Part shown: positions 13,075 to 26,363 of the stretch, one piece after another
Layout: every line of letters begins with the position of its first letter
How positions within the stretch are numbered: the stretch's first letter is position 1
Assembly: GCF_053078305.1 (NCBI RefSeq)
Contig: NZ_CP166879.1
Length of the DNA stretch: 64,000 nt
Strand: one strand, 5' to 3'
Position numbers and translations under genes: made by a program
Notes under the pieces: generated by a model
What the model was told of the DNA's origin: nothing
Databases searched by the model: none
The model's input: the letters and a program-made list of their open reading frames with translations, nothing else

Positions 13075-13856
13075 ACTTTATCCTTGCTCTGCGGTTTGCG
13101 CGCGGTGACATGAATATAACGCCCCAGGGTAATATACGGTTCCTGACGGCAATAACGCGTTTCTAATTCAAGTAATGCTTCATAGCAGTCGCGCTGCTGG
13201 TGCTTCTCGCGCAGATAATCATGAAACACGCGAACGCCTGTCTTACCCATAATTTGCCAACCAGCTTCTTCCAGCCACAGATAAACCTGCGCCGGGTCGC
13301 GTGGATAATCTGGCGAAAGCGTCCGTTTTTTCTTTTTCGGCATTCCCGCCTGCACGTAATCAAAATTCCCGGCGACCATGTTATGCATCAACAAACCATG
13401 CGCATTGTAGAACATTAACGACAACACGCCGCCTGGACGCAACACTGACCACAGGGTCTGCAATACGCTGCGGGGATCAGCCACCCACTCGAGCACCGCA
13501 TGGAACAATATCAGATCAACGGGCGTTTCCAAATGCGAAGCAACATCCTGAGCGGCGCAATGTATAAATTGCATGTTGTCGCTCACACCTTTTGCTTCTG
13601 CCGCCTGTTTTGCGCGGTCGATCATCTGCGCAGAAAGATCGCATAAAATGACCTGATGCCCGCGCTCGGCCATTTTGATTGCGGTCTGCCCTTCTCCACC
13701 GCCCGCATCCAGCACACGCAGTTTTTGCGGACCCATTTCCGCCAGCACGCGATCGAGATCCTGCCACAGAATAGCCTGTCGAAGCTGCCCTTTGGTGGTG
13801 CCGTAAATGTTACGGGAAAACTTTTCCGCAATATCATCAAAATTGCGATCCTGCAT
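13071..13856 (-). CDS. cmoM: tRNA cmo5U34 methyltransferase CmoM (SmtA), SAM-dependent
   Basis: 261 aa from MQDRNFDD; SAM-binding motif VLDAGGGEG; 4-nt overlap with mukF. Confidence 0.9.
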
Positions 13857-13991
13857 TGCTTTCTCCACCGGTTGGCTAAGACGTTTTCTGATAAAGACGC
13901 TATTTTGTCACAGCCACGGCGAGAATGAACCCGTCTGGTGTAATATCGCTGGCGATCCCTTGCTATATGGTTAAAAAAGGAACCAGAAAGG

Positions 13992-14771
13992 ATGCTTTTT
14001 ACACTGAAAAAAGTGATTGGCAATATGTTGCTGCCACTTCCGCTGATGTTGTTAATTATTGGCGCTGGCCTGGCGCTGCTGTGGTTTAGCCGTTTTCAAA
14101 AAACCGGGAAGATTTTTATTAGCATTGGGTGGCTGTCACTCTTGTTATTGAGTTTGCAACCGGTAGCCGACCGCCTGCTGCGTCCCATCGAAAGCACCTA
14201 TCCGACATGGAATAATTCGCAAAAAGTGGACTATATCGTGGTGCTCGGAGGTGGTTATACCTGGAACCCGCAGTGGGCACCGAGCTCTAATTTAATCAAT
14301 AACAGTCTGCCACGCCTGAATGAGGGTATCCGTTTATGGCGCGATAATCCGGGTTCAAAACTGATCTTCACGGGAGGCGTAGCAAAAACCAATACGGTGA
14401 GTACAGCGGAAGTAGGTGCCAGAGTTGCGCAATCGCTGGGCGTACCGCGCGAGCAAATTATCACCCTGGATTTGCCAAAAGATACCGAAGAAGAAGCTGC
14501 GGCAGTGAAACAGGCGATTGGTGACGCCCCTTTCCTGCTGGTGACCTCCGCATCACATCTGCCGCGGGCGATGATCTTTTTTCAGCAGGAAGGGTTAAAT
14601 CCGCTACCAGCCCCGGCGAATCAGTTGGCCATCGACTCGCCGCTTAATCCGTGGGAACGGGCAATCCCTTCTCCGGTCTGGCTGATGCATAGCGATCGTG
14701 TTGGCTATGAAACGCTTGGCCGCATCTGGCAGTGGCTGAAAGGTCCGTCAGGCGAGCCACGGCAAGAGTGA
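13992..14771 (+). CDS. elyC: Envelope biogenesis factor ElyC (YcbC), DUF218 family
   Basis: 259-aa ORF with N-terminal transmembrane segment; conserved position. Confidence 0.85.
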   Translation: MLFTLKKVIGNMLLPLPLMLLIIGAGLALLWFSRFQKTGKIFISIGWLSLLLLSLQPVADRLLRPIESTYPTWNNSQKVDYIVVLGGGYTWNPQWAPSSNLINNSLPRLNEGIRLWRDNPGSKLIFTGGVAKTNTVSTAEVGARVAQSLGVPREQIITLDLPKDTEEEAAAVKQAIGDAPFLLVTSASHLPRAMIFFQQEGLNPLPAPANQLAIDSPLNPWERAIPSPVWLMHSDRVGYETLGRIWQWLKGPSGEPRQE

Positions 14772-15641
14772 TTTTGATGCCAGATCGAAGTTGCGCCGAC
14801 TAAATCGTCCGGTATTAACCAGTTGCGCAACTTCATCCCATAACACATACAACCAACGCCGCCAGATGAACGACTCCGCCACTGGCGCGCGTTGCAGGTA
14901 ACTCCAGAGCAAATCTTCCGCCAGAGAATTATCCATTAGTCGGAACAGTTCGTATTCTCGCGGTGCCCAAAGCATTAGTCCCGGCCCGACCATCGCCAGT
15001 AACTGATCGCTGCGCGAATCTTTCAGCATGCTGCGTAAACAGAAGTTACCGTGAATCAACACACAATTGTCGTTAAAGCCTTCAAATAATGCCGGGAGAC
15101 ATTCGCGAGTGCGAAACAGGATCCGCTTATCCTGCATCGTCAGACCGGTGTTATTGAACTGATTGAGCGTGGTCCATAGCACTTCAACATGTTGCCGGTA
15201 CCATGAGGGCCAGAAATTTTCCTGAGTATTGTCGACCGCGCCGACGCAACCGCGACTGTCCTGACGGTGCCAGGCCAGTAAGGCTTCAACGATTTGGTCT
15301 TTGAGCTGTTCCCAGCGTTCTGGTGTTCGGGCTGGTGCCTCCACCGAAACACCACGCATCCGCTCCAGTAGCAGGACATCAGGGCCGGGGTGTTCTTCAT
15401 GCGTCATCACACCATAAATAGTCGGCATACGGACAGTCCCACTTCTTGCCAGCATGGTGGTTTTCCATGCCAGTTGTCGGGCTTTTCCGGGCGTACTAAA
15501 GCTTCTTGCCATTAGCGGCATTGGGTTTCCCTGGCTGTCATACAAAGCCCACAACGCCGTATCCGCTTTTTCATTGACGCACTCAATACGACTGAGTTTT
15601 TCGCCCAGTAAATGGCTTAATTCGGCACGCAGCTGTTCCAT
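14748..15641 (-). CDS. ycbJ: Putative phosphotransferase/kinase-like protein YcbJ
   Basis: 297-aa ORF; 3' end overlaps the elyC 3' end by 24 nt (convergent). Confidence 0.85.
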   Translation of the reverse strand: MEQLRAELSHLLGEKLSRIECVNEKADTALWALYDSQGNPMPLMARSFSTPGKARQLAWKTTMLARSGTVRMPTIYGVMTHEEHPGPDVLLLERMRGVSVEAPARTPERWEQLKDQIVEALLAWHRQDSRGCVGAVDNTQENFWPSWYRQHVEVLWTTLNQFNNTGLTMQDKRILFRTRECLPALFEGFNDNCVLIHGNFCLRSMLKDSRSDQLLAMVGPGLMLWAPREYELFRLMDNSLAEDLLWSYLQRAPVAESFIWRRWLYVLWDEVAQLVNTGRFSRRNFDLASKSLLPWLA

Positions 15642-15794
15642 TCAGATTACCCTCATAAAAGCTACTGCTTTCATAATGAGCGCCAATATAAAAGATGTCA
15701 CCTGAATGAGATCAATTGTTGAAAAGAAAAATTGAGGAAAATCGTAACGGTACGACACTCCTCCCAAAATTGGCTGGAGTGTCGTGAAGTGAAA

Positions 15795-16720
<926 letters not shown>

Positions 16721-16771
16721 AGTTCCTCCAGATGGATCGGGTTATGAATGCATAAATCTTATCATAATCAT

Positions 16772-18004
16772 TTATGCGACGGGGTCTATTTCCCAGCCGG
16801 TGCGGCAATCCGTAAAGAGACCTTGCGGGCAGTGTCCTAATGTCACCCGCGTTGCCTGCTGCCAGTTAGCGAAATCAGTAATCGCCTGACGTAACCCTTT
16901 TTGCAGCGTTGTCGTTGGTTTAATACCTTCCTGTAACCACAGAGAGATAACTTCAAGGATGCCTGTCTGGCGATGCATTTTGGCATCCATTCGCCCAACT
17001 AATTGCCCACGATGTAATAACGGCAGAACAAAATAGCCATACTGGCGTTTCGGCGCTGGGGTATAGCACTCCAGCCGGTAGCTAAAATCAAAAAGCTGCT
17101 CTGCGCGTTTGCGATCCCAGACAACAGGATCAAAAGGCGAAAGTACCGCGCTGTGCGTTGCAGTGAGCTTTCCGGCCAGCGCTCGCTCGAGTAGCGGCAG
17201 CAAATCAGCATGCAGCCAAAGATTGCCCAATTTTTCAACATGCACAGCAATGATTTGCCGCTGTTCAGCCCTCGCTTCGCGCCACGCTGCCAGTGCCGGA
17301 CGTTTCAGCCGATAGTAATCTGCCAGCCACTGTTCGCGGAATATTCCCAGGCTACGCGCACTGTTATCCAGCATGATGATTTCTGCTTCTGTTTGCGAAA
17401 CGAGATCGCGCTCATCATCCCAGTCAGGCATGACACGGTGGGTTAAATCATAAACGCGCTGGAAGTTGCGCCGTTCAATCACCATCACCTTTCCGGCAGT
17501 AAATAAACCTTCCAGATGCCGTTTATGCGGCTTCCATTCCCACCAGCCGCTTGCACCTTTACGAGGATGCTCAAAATCGGCTGAACGTACCGGCCCCTTA
17601 TCATGAATATGCTGAATTAACTGTGCAATTTCCGCCTCATGTTCCTGCATCCAGGCGTCTTTGTATTTCCAGCCCATTTTTTCAGGTGCCAGCATGCGGT
17701 GGCGAATAAGACGAAAGTCGCTGCGTGGCATAAAGCAGGCTTCATGCGCCCAGTATTCCATTAATTCGCCACGCGCCAGAGACTCATCCAGCCACTGGGC
17801 AGGATAATTTCCCAGACGACTGAAAAGCACCAGATATGGACTACGGGCAACAATATTAATGGTATCGATTTGCAGCAAGGACATGCGGGAGATCGTTGCC
17901 GGAATATCCTCCAACGACGCTCGACGGCGGGGTTTGTTTAACAGGCCTTGCGCGGCAAGGTGAAGATTACGCGCATCAGCAAGGGAGAGGTGCGGCAGCG
18001 ACAT
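16772..18004 (-). CDS. ycaQ: Winged-helix DNA glycosylase YcaQ (interstrand cross-link repair, AlkZ-like)
   Basis: 410-aa ORF in the conserved position upstream of kdsB/ycaR. Confidence 0.85.
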   Translation of the reverse strand: MSLPHLSLADARNLHLAAQGLLNKPRRRASLEDIPATISRMSLLQIDTINIVARSPYLVLFSRLGNYPAQWLDESLARGELMEYWAHEACFMPRSDFRLIRHRMLAPEKMGWKYKDAWMQEHEAEIAQLIQHIHDKGPVRSADFEHPRKGASGWWEWKPHKRHLEGLFTAGKVMVIERRNFQRVYDLTHRVMPDWDDERDLVSQTEAEIIMLDNSARSLGIFREQWLADYYRLKRPALAAWREARAEQRQIIAVHVEKLGNLWLHADLLPLLERALAGKLTATHSAVLSPFDPVVWDRKRAEQLFDFSYRLECYTPAPKRQYGYFVLPLLHRGQLVGRMDAKMHRQTGILEVISLWLQEGIKPTTTLQKGLRQAITDFANWQQATRVTLGHCPQGLFTDCRTGWEIDPVA

Positions 18005-18040
18005 TCATGACTCCATCAATCGAACGCTGCCGCGGCGTAA

Positions 18041-19027
18041 CTAGTTGCCAGAAGCCAGCGAGGTTAGTTGCGCAAGCAGTTTCGCTGGTTCATCACCTGA
18101 AAGCTGTGCGTCAACGGGCAAATACCACCAATTTTCTTCTGCAAAGGCCCGGCATTTCACCGCATCTTTTTCAGTCATTACCAGCGTTTGCCCGGTGCTT
18201 ACCAACGCGCTGACATCCGCATGGTTCAAAGACTGATGATCGGCCAGCGGTACACATTTTTCCGGTTGTACGCCGCACATCTTCAGCGTGGCAAAAAAGC
18301 GCGGCGGATGCCCAATCCCTGCCATCGCCACCACATGTTCAAGCTGAGCAACGTCACAACGCGTACCGGTACGTAAATTCACCGCCTGACCCGGCAGCAG
18401 ATGCATGGGGATTTCACCGCTGCGGGGGACACCGCCGTTGACGATTACCGCATCAACTGACTTTAAGCGCCCCGCTCGCTCACGCATTGGCCCCGCCGGC
18501 AACCACCAGCCATTGCCAAAGCGACGCACACCATCAATAACGACAATTTCCACATCACGCGCCAGACGGTAATGCTGTAAACCGTCGTCGGTTACGATGA
18601 TCTGCACATCAGGGTGTTGCGCCAGAATGGCTTTTACCGCATCAAAACGAACGGGAGAAACCGCAACAGGCGCATCAGTGCGTTGATAAATCAACACAGG
18701 TTCATCACCCGCCTGTGCTGTGGTGGTATCTGCCGACAATAACAGCGGATAAGATTCAGCCTTACCACCATATCCCCGCGATACGACCCCCACGCGAATA
18801 CCGCGCTGTTGCAACTGTTCCACCAGCCAGACAACGACCGGGGTTTTTCCGTTGCCGCCTGCGGTGAGATTACCAACCACGACAACCGGTACGGGGGCAC
18901 GCCAGGCGCGCTTCAGTTTTAGTTTATAGCAAAGACGGATCGCGCCACTCACCAGGCCATACAACCAGGAGAGTGGCAGCAATAGCCGCCACAAAGGGGA
19001 TTCACCAGACCAGATTTTTTCGATCAT
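18041..19027 (-). CDS. lpxK: Tetraacyldisaccharide 4'-kinase
   Basis: 328-aa ORF; P-loop [15 protein letters not shown]; overlaps the msbA stop. Confidence 0.95.
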   Translation of the reverse strand: MIEKIWSGESPLWRLLLPLSWLYGLVSGAIRLCYKLKLKRAWRAPVPVVVVGNLTAGGNGKTPVVVWLVEQLQQRGIRVGVVSRGYGGKAESYPLLLSADTTTAQAGDEPVLIYQRTDAPVAVSPVRFDAVKAILAQHPDVQIIVTDDGLQHYRLARDVEIVVIDGVRRFGNGWWLPAGPMRERAGRLKSVDAVIVNGGVPRSGEIPMHLLPGQAVNLRTGTRCDVAQLEHVVAMAGIGHPPRFFATLKMCGVQPEKCVPLADHQSLNHADVSALVSTGQTLVMTEKDAVKCRAFAEENWWYLPVDAQLSGDEPAKLLAQLTSLASGN

Positions 19028-20772
19028 TGGCCAAACTGCATTTTGTGAAGTTGCGCGTAAACGCCGCGGTGCTCAAGCAAATCGTTATGCGTACCGCGTT
19101 CCACAATGACACCATCCTCGACGACCACGATTTCGTCTGCCTTTTCAATGGTAGACAAGCGGTGGGCAATCACCAGAGAGGTACGGTTTTTCTGCAACTC
19201 ATCCAGTGCCGCCTGAATCGCACGTTCGGATTCGGTATCCAGAGCCGAGGTAGCTTCATCCATAATCAGAATCGGGCTATCACGCAGCAAGGCTCGAGCG
19301 ATAGCAATACGCTGACGCTGACCGCCAGAGAGCAGCACGCCGTTTTCACCAATCACTGTATCGAGACCGTTATCCATCTTATTGATGAAGTCCATGGCGT
19401 AGGCCATACGCGCCGCTTCTTCAATTTGCTCACGGCTGTACTGTTCAGTCCGTGCGTAAGCAATGTTGTTAGCAACCGTATCGTTAAACAGATGGACATT
19501 CTGCGACACCAGAGCAACCTGGTTACGTAACGACGCCAGGGTATACTCGCGCAGATCGTGACCATCCATCAGGATTTCGCCTTCATCAATATCGTAAAAA
19601 CGCGTGATCAGGCTGGCGATGGTTGATTTACCTGAACCAGAGCGTCCAACCAGAGCAACCGTCTTCCCTGCCGGAATTTTCAGGTTGATGTTACGCAAGG
19701 CGGGTACGTCACGTCCCGGATAAGTAAAGGTGACATTGCGGAATTCCACGTCGCCAGTCGCACGCTCGATCACGCGCTTACCTTCGTCTTTCTCCTGCTC
19801 ACTGTCCAGAATGGTAAACAGCGTCTGACAAGCCGCCATACCGCGCTGGAACTGGGCGTTAACGTTAGTCAGCGATTTCAGCGGACGCATCAGTGCAATC
19901 ATTGAAGAGAAAACAACGGTAATCGTACCGGCAGTCAGGCTATCCATGACACTTGGGAAGCTCGCCGCATACAGAACAAACGCCAGCGCCAAAGAGGCGA
20001 TCAGCTGAATGATCGGATCAGAGATGGAAGAGGCTGAAACCATTTTCATCCCCTGAAGACGCATTCGGTTGCTGACTTTATCGAAGCGTTTCGTTTCCAC
20101 TTCCTGACCACCGAAAATCAATACTTCTTTATGGCCTTTCAGCATTTGTTCAGCGCTGGTGGTCACCTGCCCCATGGTGTTCTGCATGTTTTTACTGATG
20201 TTGCGAAAACGCTTCGATACTACGCGAATCGCAATCGAAACAATCGGTGCCAGCACAATCAAAATGATCGACAATTGCCAACTGTAATAGAACATCATGA
20301 TGAACAGGCCGATGATCGACGCACCTTCACGCACAACAGTAATCAGTGCGCCAGAAGAGGAAGAAGCAACCTGTTCGGAATCGTAGGTGATACGTGACAA
20401 CAGCGTACCCGTTGACTGTTTGTCAAAGAATGAAACCGGCATTCCCATCATGTGACCAAACAGGCGGCGACGCATGGTCATTACCACCTTTCCTGATACC
20501 CAGGAGATACAGTAGCTGGAGACATAGCTGGTGATACCACGCAAAATCATCAGCCCGATCACCACCAGCGGCATCCACACCAGCACGGAGCGATCTGTTT
20601 TACCAAAGCCATCATCAAGAAGTGGCTTAAGGAGCGATAACATGAAGGTATCGCTGGCTGCGTTGAGGATTAACGCTACGCCCGCCACGATCAGACCCGC
20701 TTTAAAAGGCGCAATGGTTGGCCACAGTCGGCGGAATGTCTGCCACGTAGAGAGATCTTTGTCGTTATGCAT
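19024..20772 (-). CDS. msbA: Lipid A export ABC transporter MsbA
   Basis: 582-aa ORF; six-TM domain plus ABC ATPase ([17 protein letters not shown]). Confidence 0.97.
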   Translation of the reverse strand: MHNDKDLSTWQTFRRLWPTIAPFKAGLIVAGVALILNAASDTFMLSLLKPLLDDGFGKTDRSVLVWMPLVVIGLMILRGITSYVSSYCISWVSGKVVMTMRRRLFGHMMGMPVSFFDKQSTGTLLSRITYDSEQVASSSSGALITVVREGASIIGLFIMMFYYSWQLSIILIVLAPIVSIAIRVVSKRFRNISKNMQNTMGQVTTSAEQMLKGHKEVLIFGGQEVETKRFDKVSNRMRLQGMKMVSASSISDPIIQLIASLALAFVLYAASFPSVMDSLTAGTITVVFSSMIALMRPLKSLTNVNAQFQRGMAACQTLFTILDSEQEKDEGKRVIERATGDVEFRNVTFTYPGRDVPALRNINLKIPAGKTVALVGRSGSGKSTIASLITRFYDIDEGEILMDGHDLREYTLASLRNQVALVSQNVHLFNDTVANNIAYARTEQYSREQIEEAARMAYAMDFINKMDNGLDTVIGENGVLLSGGQRQRIAIARALLRDSPILIMDEATSALDTESERAIQAALDELQKNRTSLVIAHRLSTIEKADEIVVVEDGVIVERGTHNDLLEHRGVYAQLHKMQFGQ

Positions 20773-20808
20773 TCAAAAAACCAGCATTTGTTGAAATAGC
20801 CGCATATT

Positions 20809-23073
20809 CTACCCGTTATCCACTGGCACGCCAAACCACTGATGATACCAACGAGGTAAAATTTGCTCCCTGAGGCTGCTAATCCGCCAGCCTTGCGCTG
20901 AAAAATCGACCGTTACTTGCCCCTGATGAGGAGTATCAAGCCACGTATAACCTTGCTGTTGATAGCGATGCTTAACTTTGTTAGAGGGCAGTCGCCATGC
21001 GTTATAGCGCGATGCCGATGCGAGTGCCACTTTTCCATTCACTCGCTGAATTAATGGCAACGATGATGAGGTATTACTGCCATGGTGAGGTACCTGAAGC
21101 AATGTTGCCTGCACTTGCTGCCAGTAACGGCTTAGCATCTTTTGTTCAGCTGGGGCTTCAATATCACCGGTTAGAAGAATGCTATTCGTCCCGTCATCAA
21201 CCTTAACCACACAGGAATGGTTATTTCCTTTATCGTTGCTACCTTGTAAAGGCCAGTGCGCGCTGAAACGCAATCCTTGCCATTGCCACGCTTCGCCACG
21301 CACACAGGGCTGATGATGTTCCCAGTTTAACGGACTTCTGATCCATAACATCGGCCATATATGCAATATTGAATCCAGCCCTCCCCGGTGATCCAGATGT
21401 TCATGGCTCAGAATAACGCCTTCCGGTTCAAGATTATGCCAGTGGAGCCAGGGGATAATCAGTTGTTGCCCACTATCCCCTTCGGGCCAGGCCAGTCCCG
21501 TGTCATAGAGAATCGCTTTGCCGTTTCTGGCTATCACCATTGCCAGCCCTTGCCCGACATCAAGCATGTACACTTGCCACTCGTCAGGTCGAGGTTTTTG
21601 CCACAGCGGCCAGCACATCAGCAAGCCTACAGCCACACACATTGCTGGCAACGTTCGCCAGGCGTTTAATCGCCATACCACCAGTAAGAACCATGGGGAA
21701 AATGATAGCCATTGCCAACGTTCAGCAATGTTGATCCACCCTTCTGGCAAACTCTTTAACCCCCAGAAAAGTAAAGCCAAAGACCGGTCGGCAAGAAACC
21801 ATAACCCTTGCTCCAGGATTAACGGCCCGCTTAAATGCACAACCATCGCGGCGAGGATCAACGGAACCGTGATAAATGTCACCAAGGGAATTGCTAATAG
21901 ATTTGCAATAAACGAGGTCAGACTAATGCCATGAAATATGACGATTTGCACGGGCATAAGCAGAAGTGTGATTCCCAGTTGCAGATGGATGAGGGAAACA
22001 ACTGCACGCAATACCGGCGGCAGTTGCCACTCAGGACAGGGAAACCACTGATACCAAAATATCAATGCCGCGACCGCAGCGGCAGAGAGCCATAAACTTT
22101 GCGAGAGAATGGCAACAGGATCCATCAGCAAAATTGCCGCCAGACAACATATCCATACATCCCAGCCACTCCACTGTCGCCCACTTAACTTAAGCATTCC
22201 CCACGTAGCAAGCGCCACAACGGTACGCAATGCAGGAGGTTGCATTCCCGTCAGCCAGGCATAAAAAGCAGCACAGCAGATTCCGCCAATTAATGGCATT
22301 TGCCAGTGGATCCAGCGCCCAGGCAGAAAAATTTGTCCACTGCGAATGAGTCCGGCAGCCAGCAACGCCGCAAAAGCGATGTGCAATCCCGATATCGCCA
22401 TTAAATGCGCCGTTCCAGTATCACGCATGATATTTTTGATTTCTTTAGGGACGGATAACCGTTCCCCCATACCTAAACCAAGAATAACCGCATTCCACGG
22501 ATAGGGTTGCAGCGTTGTTTGTAGTGACGCCAGATACTGTGCACGCAGGCTACAATTCGGTTCAATAACACTTGCCTGCAGAAAGCGGCCGGTGAGCGGC
22601 TGATGCTGGGCAATGGCATAACGCTGGCTATCAAAGCCGCCATCATTAAGTTGACCATGAACGGCACGAACTTTGAGTTTCATTGACCACAGTTGTCCGG
22701 CACAAACCGCTTGCGGAAGATATTCGCCATACAGCACAAGGCCTGGCGCAGGGAATATACGTCGACCTTGTAGATAAGTAATTTGACCGTAATGAGTGGT
22801 CATGCCGTCAGTAGCAGTGATCTCAACAATTGCATCCTGCGTCGCGCCAGTTAAGGTTTCTCCTGCCAACAAAATTTGCTTTGCTGATAATATGCCCCAA
22901 ACGAAAAACAGCAACGTCAGCGCGATATAACGGACGGTTTTAACAGGGATAAATGCCAGTACGCAGGCGAAGAGAGTCAGAAACGCAAGGGTTAATGTCC
23001 CAGGCAATTGGGGCAAAATCAGCAACGGAAAAATTCCGCAAATTATGCATACGCCGACTGTCGTTATTTTCAT
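20809..23073 (-). CDS. ycaI: ComEC/Rec2-family inner membrane protein YcaI
   Basis: 754 aa from MKITTVGV; polytopic membrane domain plus C-terminal metallo-beta-lactamase-like region (HEHLDH). Confidence 0.85.
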   Translation of the reverse strand: MKITTVGVCIICGIFPLLILPQLPGTLTLAFLTLFACVLAFIPVKTVRYIALTLLFFVWGILSAKQILLAGETLTGATQDAIVEITATDGMTTHYGQITYLQGRRIFPAPGLVLYGEYLPQAVCAGQLWSMKLKVRAVHGQLNDGGFDSQRYAIAQHQPLTGRFLQASVIEPNCSLRAQYLASLQTTLQPYPWNAVILGLGMGERLSVPKEIKNIMRDTGTAHLMAISGLHIAFAALLAAGLIRSGQIFLPGRWIHWQMPLIGGICCAAFYAWLTGMQPPALRTVVALATWGMLKLSGRQWSGWDVWICCLAAILLMDPVAILSQSLWLSAAAVAALIFWYQWFPCPEWQLPPVLRAVVSLIHLQLGITLLLMPVQIVIFHGISLTSFIANLLAIPLVTFITVPLILAAMVVHLSGPLILEQGLWFLADRSLALLFWGLKSLPEGWINIAERWQWLSFSPWFLLVVWRLNAWRTLPAMCVAVGLLMCWPLWQKPRPDEWQVYMLDVGQGLAMVIARNGKAILYDTGLAWPEGDSGQQLIIPWLHWHNLEPEGVILSHEHLDHRGGLDSILHIWPMLWIRSPLNWEHHQPCVRGEAWQWQGLRFSAHWPLQGSNDKGNNHSCVVKVDDGTNSILLTGDIEAPAEQKMLSRYWQQVQATLLQVPHHGSNTSSSLPLIQRVNGKVALASASRYNAWRLPSNKVKHRYQQQGYTWLDTPHQGQVTVDFSAQGWRISSLREQILPRWYHQWFGVPVDNG

Positions 23074-23228
23074 GCACCCCTCCCTGTTTATGGAAAGTGT
23101 GCAACTTTGTTGAGCGGTTGTCTGGTGGGAATTTTGCGTTCCCCGAGGCACATTCAGAAGAATTTAACGAAAGGGTGAAAACTGCTCAAAACTCTGCGAG
23201 GCAGCTTCCAGTTCCTGATTAGAGAAAT

Positions 23229-23256
23229 GAAAAAAGCACCCGACAGGTGCTTTTCT
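23229..23256 (-). terminator. ihfB intrinsic terminator
   Basis: GCACC-cgaca-GGTGC hairpin with flanking A/T runs downstream of ihfB. Confidence 0.55.
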
Positions 23257-23279
23257 CGCGTTCAAGTTTGAGTAAAAAC

Positions 23280-23564
23280 TTAACCGTAAATATTGGCGCG
23301 ATCGCGCAGTTCTTTACCAGGTTTAAAGTGAGGAACGTATTTTCCTTCCAGTTCTACTTTATCGCCAGTCTTCGGATTACGTCCGGTACGTGGTGCGCGG
23401 TAGTGCAAAGAGAAACTGCCGAAACCGCGGATTTCAATACGCTCGCCCTGCGCAAGAGTCGAGGCCATATGCTCCAGCATCTCTTTTACTGCATCTTCAA
23501 CCGTCTTGGCGGGAATGTGCGATTGCTGGGTGGCAAGTCTTTCTATCAATTCTGACTTGGTCAT
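23280..23564 (-). CDS. ihfB: Integration host factor beta subunit
   Basis: 94-aa [39 protein letters not shown]... Confidence 0.97.
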
Positions 23565-23618
23565 GATTCCTCCGGTTCCTTAAAGGCAAATTAAGCGGCT
23601 GCTGTTGCTGCATTGATT

Positions 23619-23640
23619 AAGGGCGGCCGTAGCCGCCCTT
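23619..23640 (-). terminator. Hairpin downstream of rpsA (weak terminator or processing structure)
   Basis: AAGGGCGGC-cgta-GCCGCCCTT 9-bp stem without a clear U-run. Confidence 0.35.
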
Positions 23641-23723
23641 AGTGCTTGATTACAGGACGAAACCTGCAATCTGTCAAGTAAACTCAACAAACTTCGGAAT
23701 AAAAATCCCGAAGAGTCAGAGAA

Positions 23724-25397
23724 TTACTCGCCTTTAGCTGCTTTGAAAGCTTCAGCCATTGCGTTGTTGGAGAAGTTTGCATCTTCCTGTTTGTTAACAG
23801 TTGCGATTGCATCTTTCTCGTCAGCTTCGTCTTTCGCACGAACAGACAGGCTGATTGCACGGTTTTTACGATCAACGCCGGTGAATTTAGCTTCAACTTC
23901 GTCGCCAACGCTCAGAACCAGGGTAGCGTCTTCAACGCGGTCACGGGATGCTTCAGAAGCACGCAGGTAACCTTCAACGCCGTCAGCCAGTTCTACGGTT
24001 GCGCCTTTAGCGTCAACTGCAGTTACTTTACCGGTTACGATAGCGCCTTTCTTGTTCAGAGCAACCCAGTTGTTGAACGGATCTTCTGCGAGCTGTTTAA
24101 CGCCCAGGGAGATACGTTCACGTTCTGCGTCAACCTGCAGAACAACTGCAGCGATTTCGTCGCCTTTTTTGTATTCACGAACTGCTTCTTCGCCTGCAAC
24201 GTTCCAGGAGATGTCAGACAGGTGAACCAGGCCGTCGATGCCGCCGTCCAGGCCGATGAAGATACCGAAGTCAGTGATAGACTTGATTTTACCTTCAACA
24301 CGGTCGCCCTTATTGTGGGTTTCCGCGAACTGCTGCCACGGGTTAGCTTTGCACTGTTTCAGACCCAGGGAGATACGACGACGTTCTTCGTCGATATCCA
24401 GAACCATAACTTCCACTACATCGCCAACGTTAACAACTTTGGACGGGTGGATGTTTTTGTTGGTCCAATCCATTTCGGAAACGTGTACCAGGCCTTCAAC
24501 GCCTTCTTCGATTTCAACGAAGCAGCCGTAGTCGGTCAGGTTGGTCACGCGACCAGTCAGTTTGGTACCTTCCGGATAACGTTTAGCGATAGCTACCCAC
24601 GGATCTTCGCCCAGCTGTTTCAGGCCCAGGGATACACGGGTACGTTCGCGGTCGAACTTCAGCACTTTAACAGTGATTTCGTCGCCCACGTTGACGATTT
24701 CGCTCGGATGCTTAACGCGTTTCCAAGCCATGTCAGTGATGTGCAGCAGGCCGTCAACGCCGCCCAGATCAACGAATGCACCGTAGTCAGTGAGGTTCTT
24801 AACGATACCTTTAACTTCCATGCCTTCCTGCAGGTTTTCCAGCAGCTGATCGCGCTCTGCGCTGTTTTCGGATTCGATAACGGCACGACGAGAAACAACA
24901 ACGTTGTTGCGCTTCTGATCCAGCTTGATTACTTTAAATTCAAGCTCTTTGCCTTCCAGGTGCAGAGTGTCACGCACCGGACGAACGTCTACCAGAGAAC
25001 CTGGCAGGAACGCACGAATACCGTTCAGCTCAACAGTGAAGCCGCCCTTAACTTTGCCGTTGATAACACCGGTAACAGTTTCAGCATCTTCGTAAGCTTT
25101 TTCCAGCGTGATCCAGGCTTCGTGACGTTTAGCTTTCTCACGGGACAGCAGAGTTTCACCGAAGCCGTCTTCTACTGCGTCCAGAGCAACGTCAACTTCG
25201 TCACCTACCTGGATTTCCAGCTCGCCCTGGGCGTTTTTGAACTGCTCAGCCGGGATGGCGGACTCAGATTTCAGACCAGCGTCAACCAGTACTACATCTT
25301 TGTCGATAGCAACAACAACGCCACGAACGATAGAACCCGGGCGGGTTTCGATTTCTTTTAAGGACTCTTCAAAGAGTTGAGCAAAAGATTCAGTCAT
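23724..25397 (-). CDS. rpsA: 30S ribosomal protein S1
   Basis: 557-aa ORF with six S1 repeats. Confidence 0.98.
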
Positions 25398-25507
25398 GTT
25401 TAATCTTCAGGTTTATATTTAACGTCCACCTGGCTCCATGCCGGATGGGGTTGTTTAACATACCCGCTGTCATTCCATTGCAACGGGGGTACTGCAAATT
25501 CGGTCGC

Positions 25508-26191
25508 TTATGCGAGAGCCAATTTCTGGCGCGCGTATTGTAGCGTTTTTTCAATCACTTGCTCAATGCTTAAGGTGGTGGAATCCAACACTAAAGCATC
25601 GGCTGCCGGAACCAGTGGCGCTACCGCTCGGTTACGATCGCGGTCGTCGCGTTCTTTGATCTCGGCCAAAAGGCGTTCAAAGTTAACACTAAAGCCCTTC
25701 TCCTGCAACTGTAGCATGCGGCGATGCGCACGTTCTTCCGAGGAGGCGTCAAGGAAAATTTTCACTGGCGCATCAGGGAATACCACCGTTCCCATGTCGC
25801 GGCCATCGGCAATCAGGCCTGGTAATTCGCGAAACGCGCGTTGGCGACGCAATAATGCTTCACGAACGCGTGGGAATGCCGCGACTTGTGAAGCAGCATT
25901 CGCCACTTCCTGAGTACGAATTTCGCCGCTGACATCTTCCCCTTCGAGGATCACTTCCAGATTGCCATTGGTCGACACAAAACGTACATCCAGATGGGAT
26001 GCCAGCGGCACCAGCGCATCTTCCGAAGCAACATCAACATGGTGATGTAATGCCGCTAGTGCCAGTACGCGATAAATTGCACCCGAGTCCAGCAGATGCC
26101 ATTGCAACGCTTCCGCCATAGCCTTACACAAGGTGCCTTTCCCTGCACCGCTTGGGCCATCAATGGTAATAACCGGGGCAATTGCCGTCAT
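25508..26191 (-). CDS. cmk: Cytidylate kinase
   Basis: 227-aa ORF; P-loop GPSGAGKGT. Confidence 0.97.
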   Translation of the reverse strand: MTAIAPVITIDGPSGAGKGTLCKAMAEALQWHLLDSGAIYRVLALAALHHHVDVASEDALVPLASHLDVRFVSTNGNLEVILEGEDVSGEIRTQEVANAASQVAAFPRVREALLRRQRAFRELPGLIADGRDMGTVVFPDAPVKIFLDASSEERAHRRMLQLQEKGFSVNFERLLAEIKERDDRDRNRAVAPLVPAADALVLDSTTLSIEQVIEKTLQYARQKLALA

Positions 26192-26363
26192 CTTTATCTC
26201 CTTAAAACAGGCGTACCGTTAACATAACCGCGCGCATTATACGCGCCGACGCCACAAATCGTTAACGTTGTGTGCAAAAACCAGTTTTGTCTGTATTCAG
26301 ATGGGGATTTATTGCGCAATTATAGCGGGCTGGCAGAAGACCAGCCCGAAAGATGACAATGAT

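Noticed and set aside
24222-25361. 379-aa plus-strand ORF antisense to rpsA
   Set aside because: Same shadow-ORF artefact inside a highly expressed ribosomal protein gene
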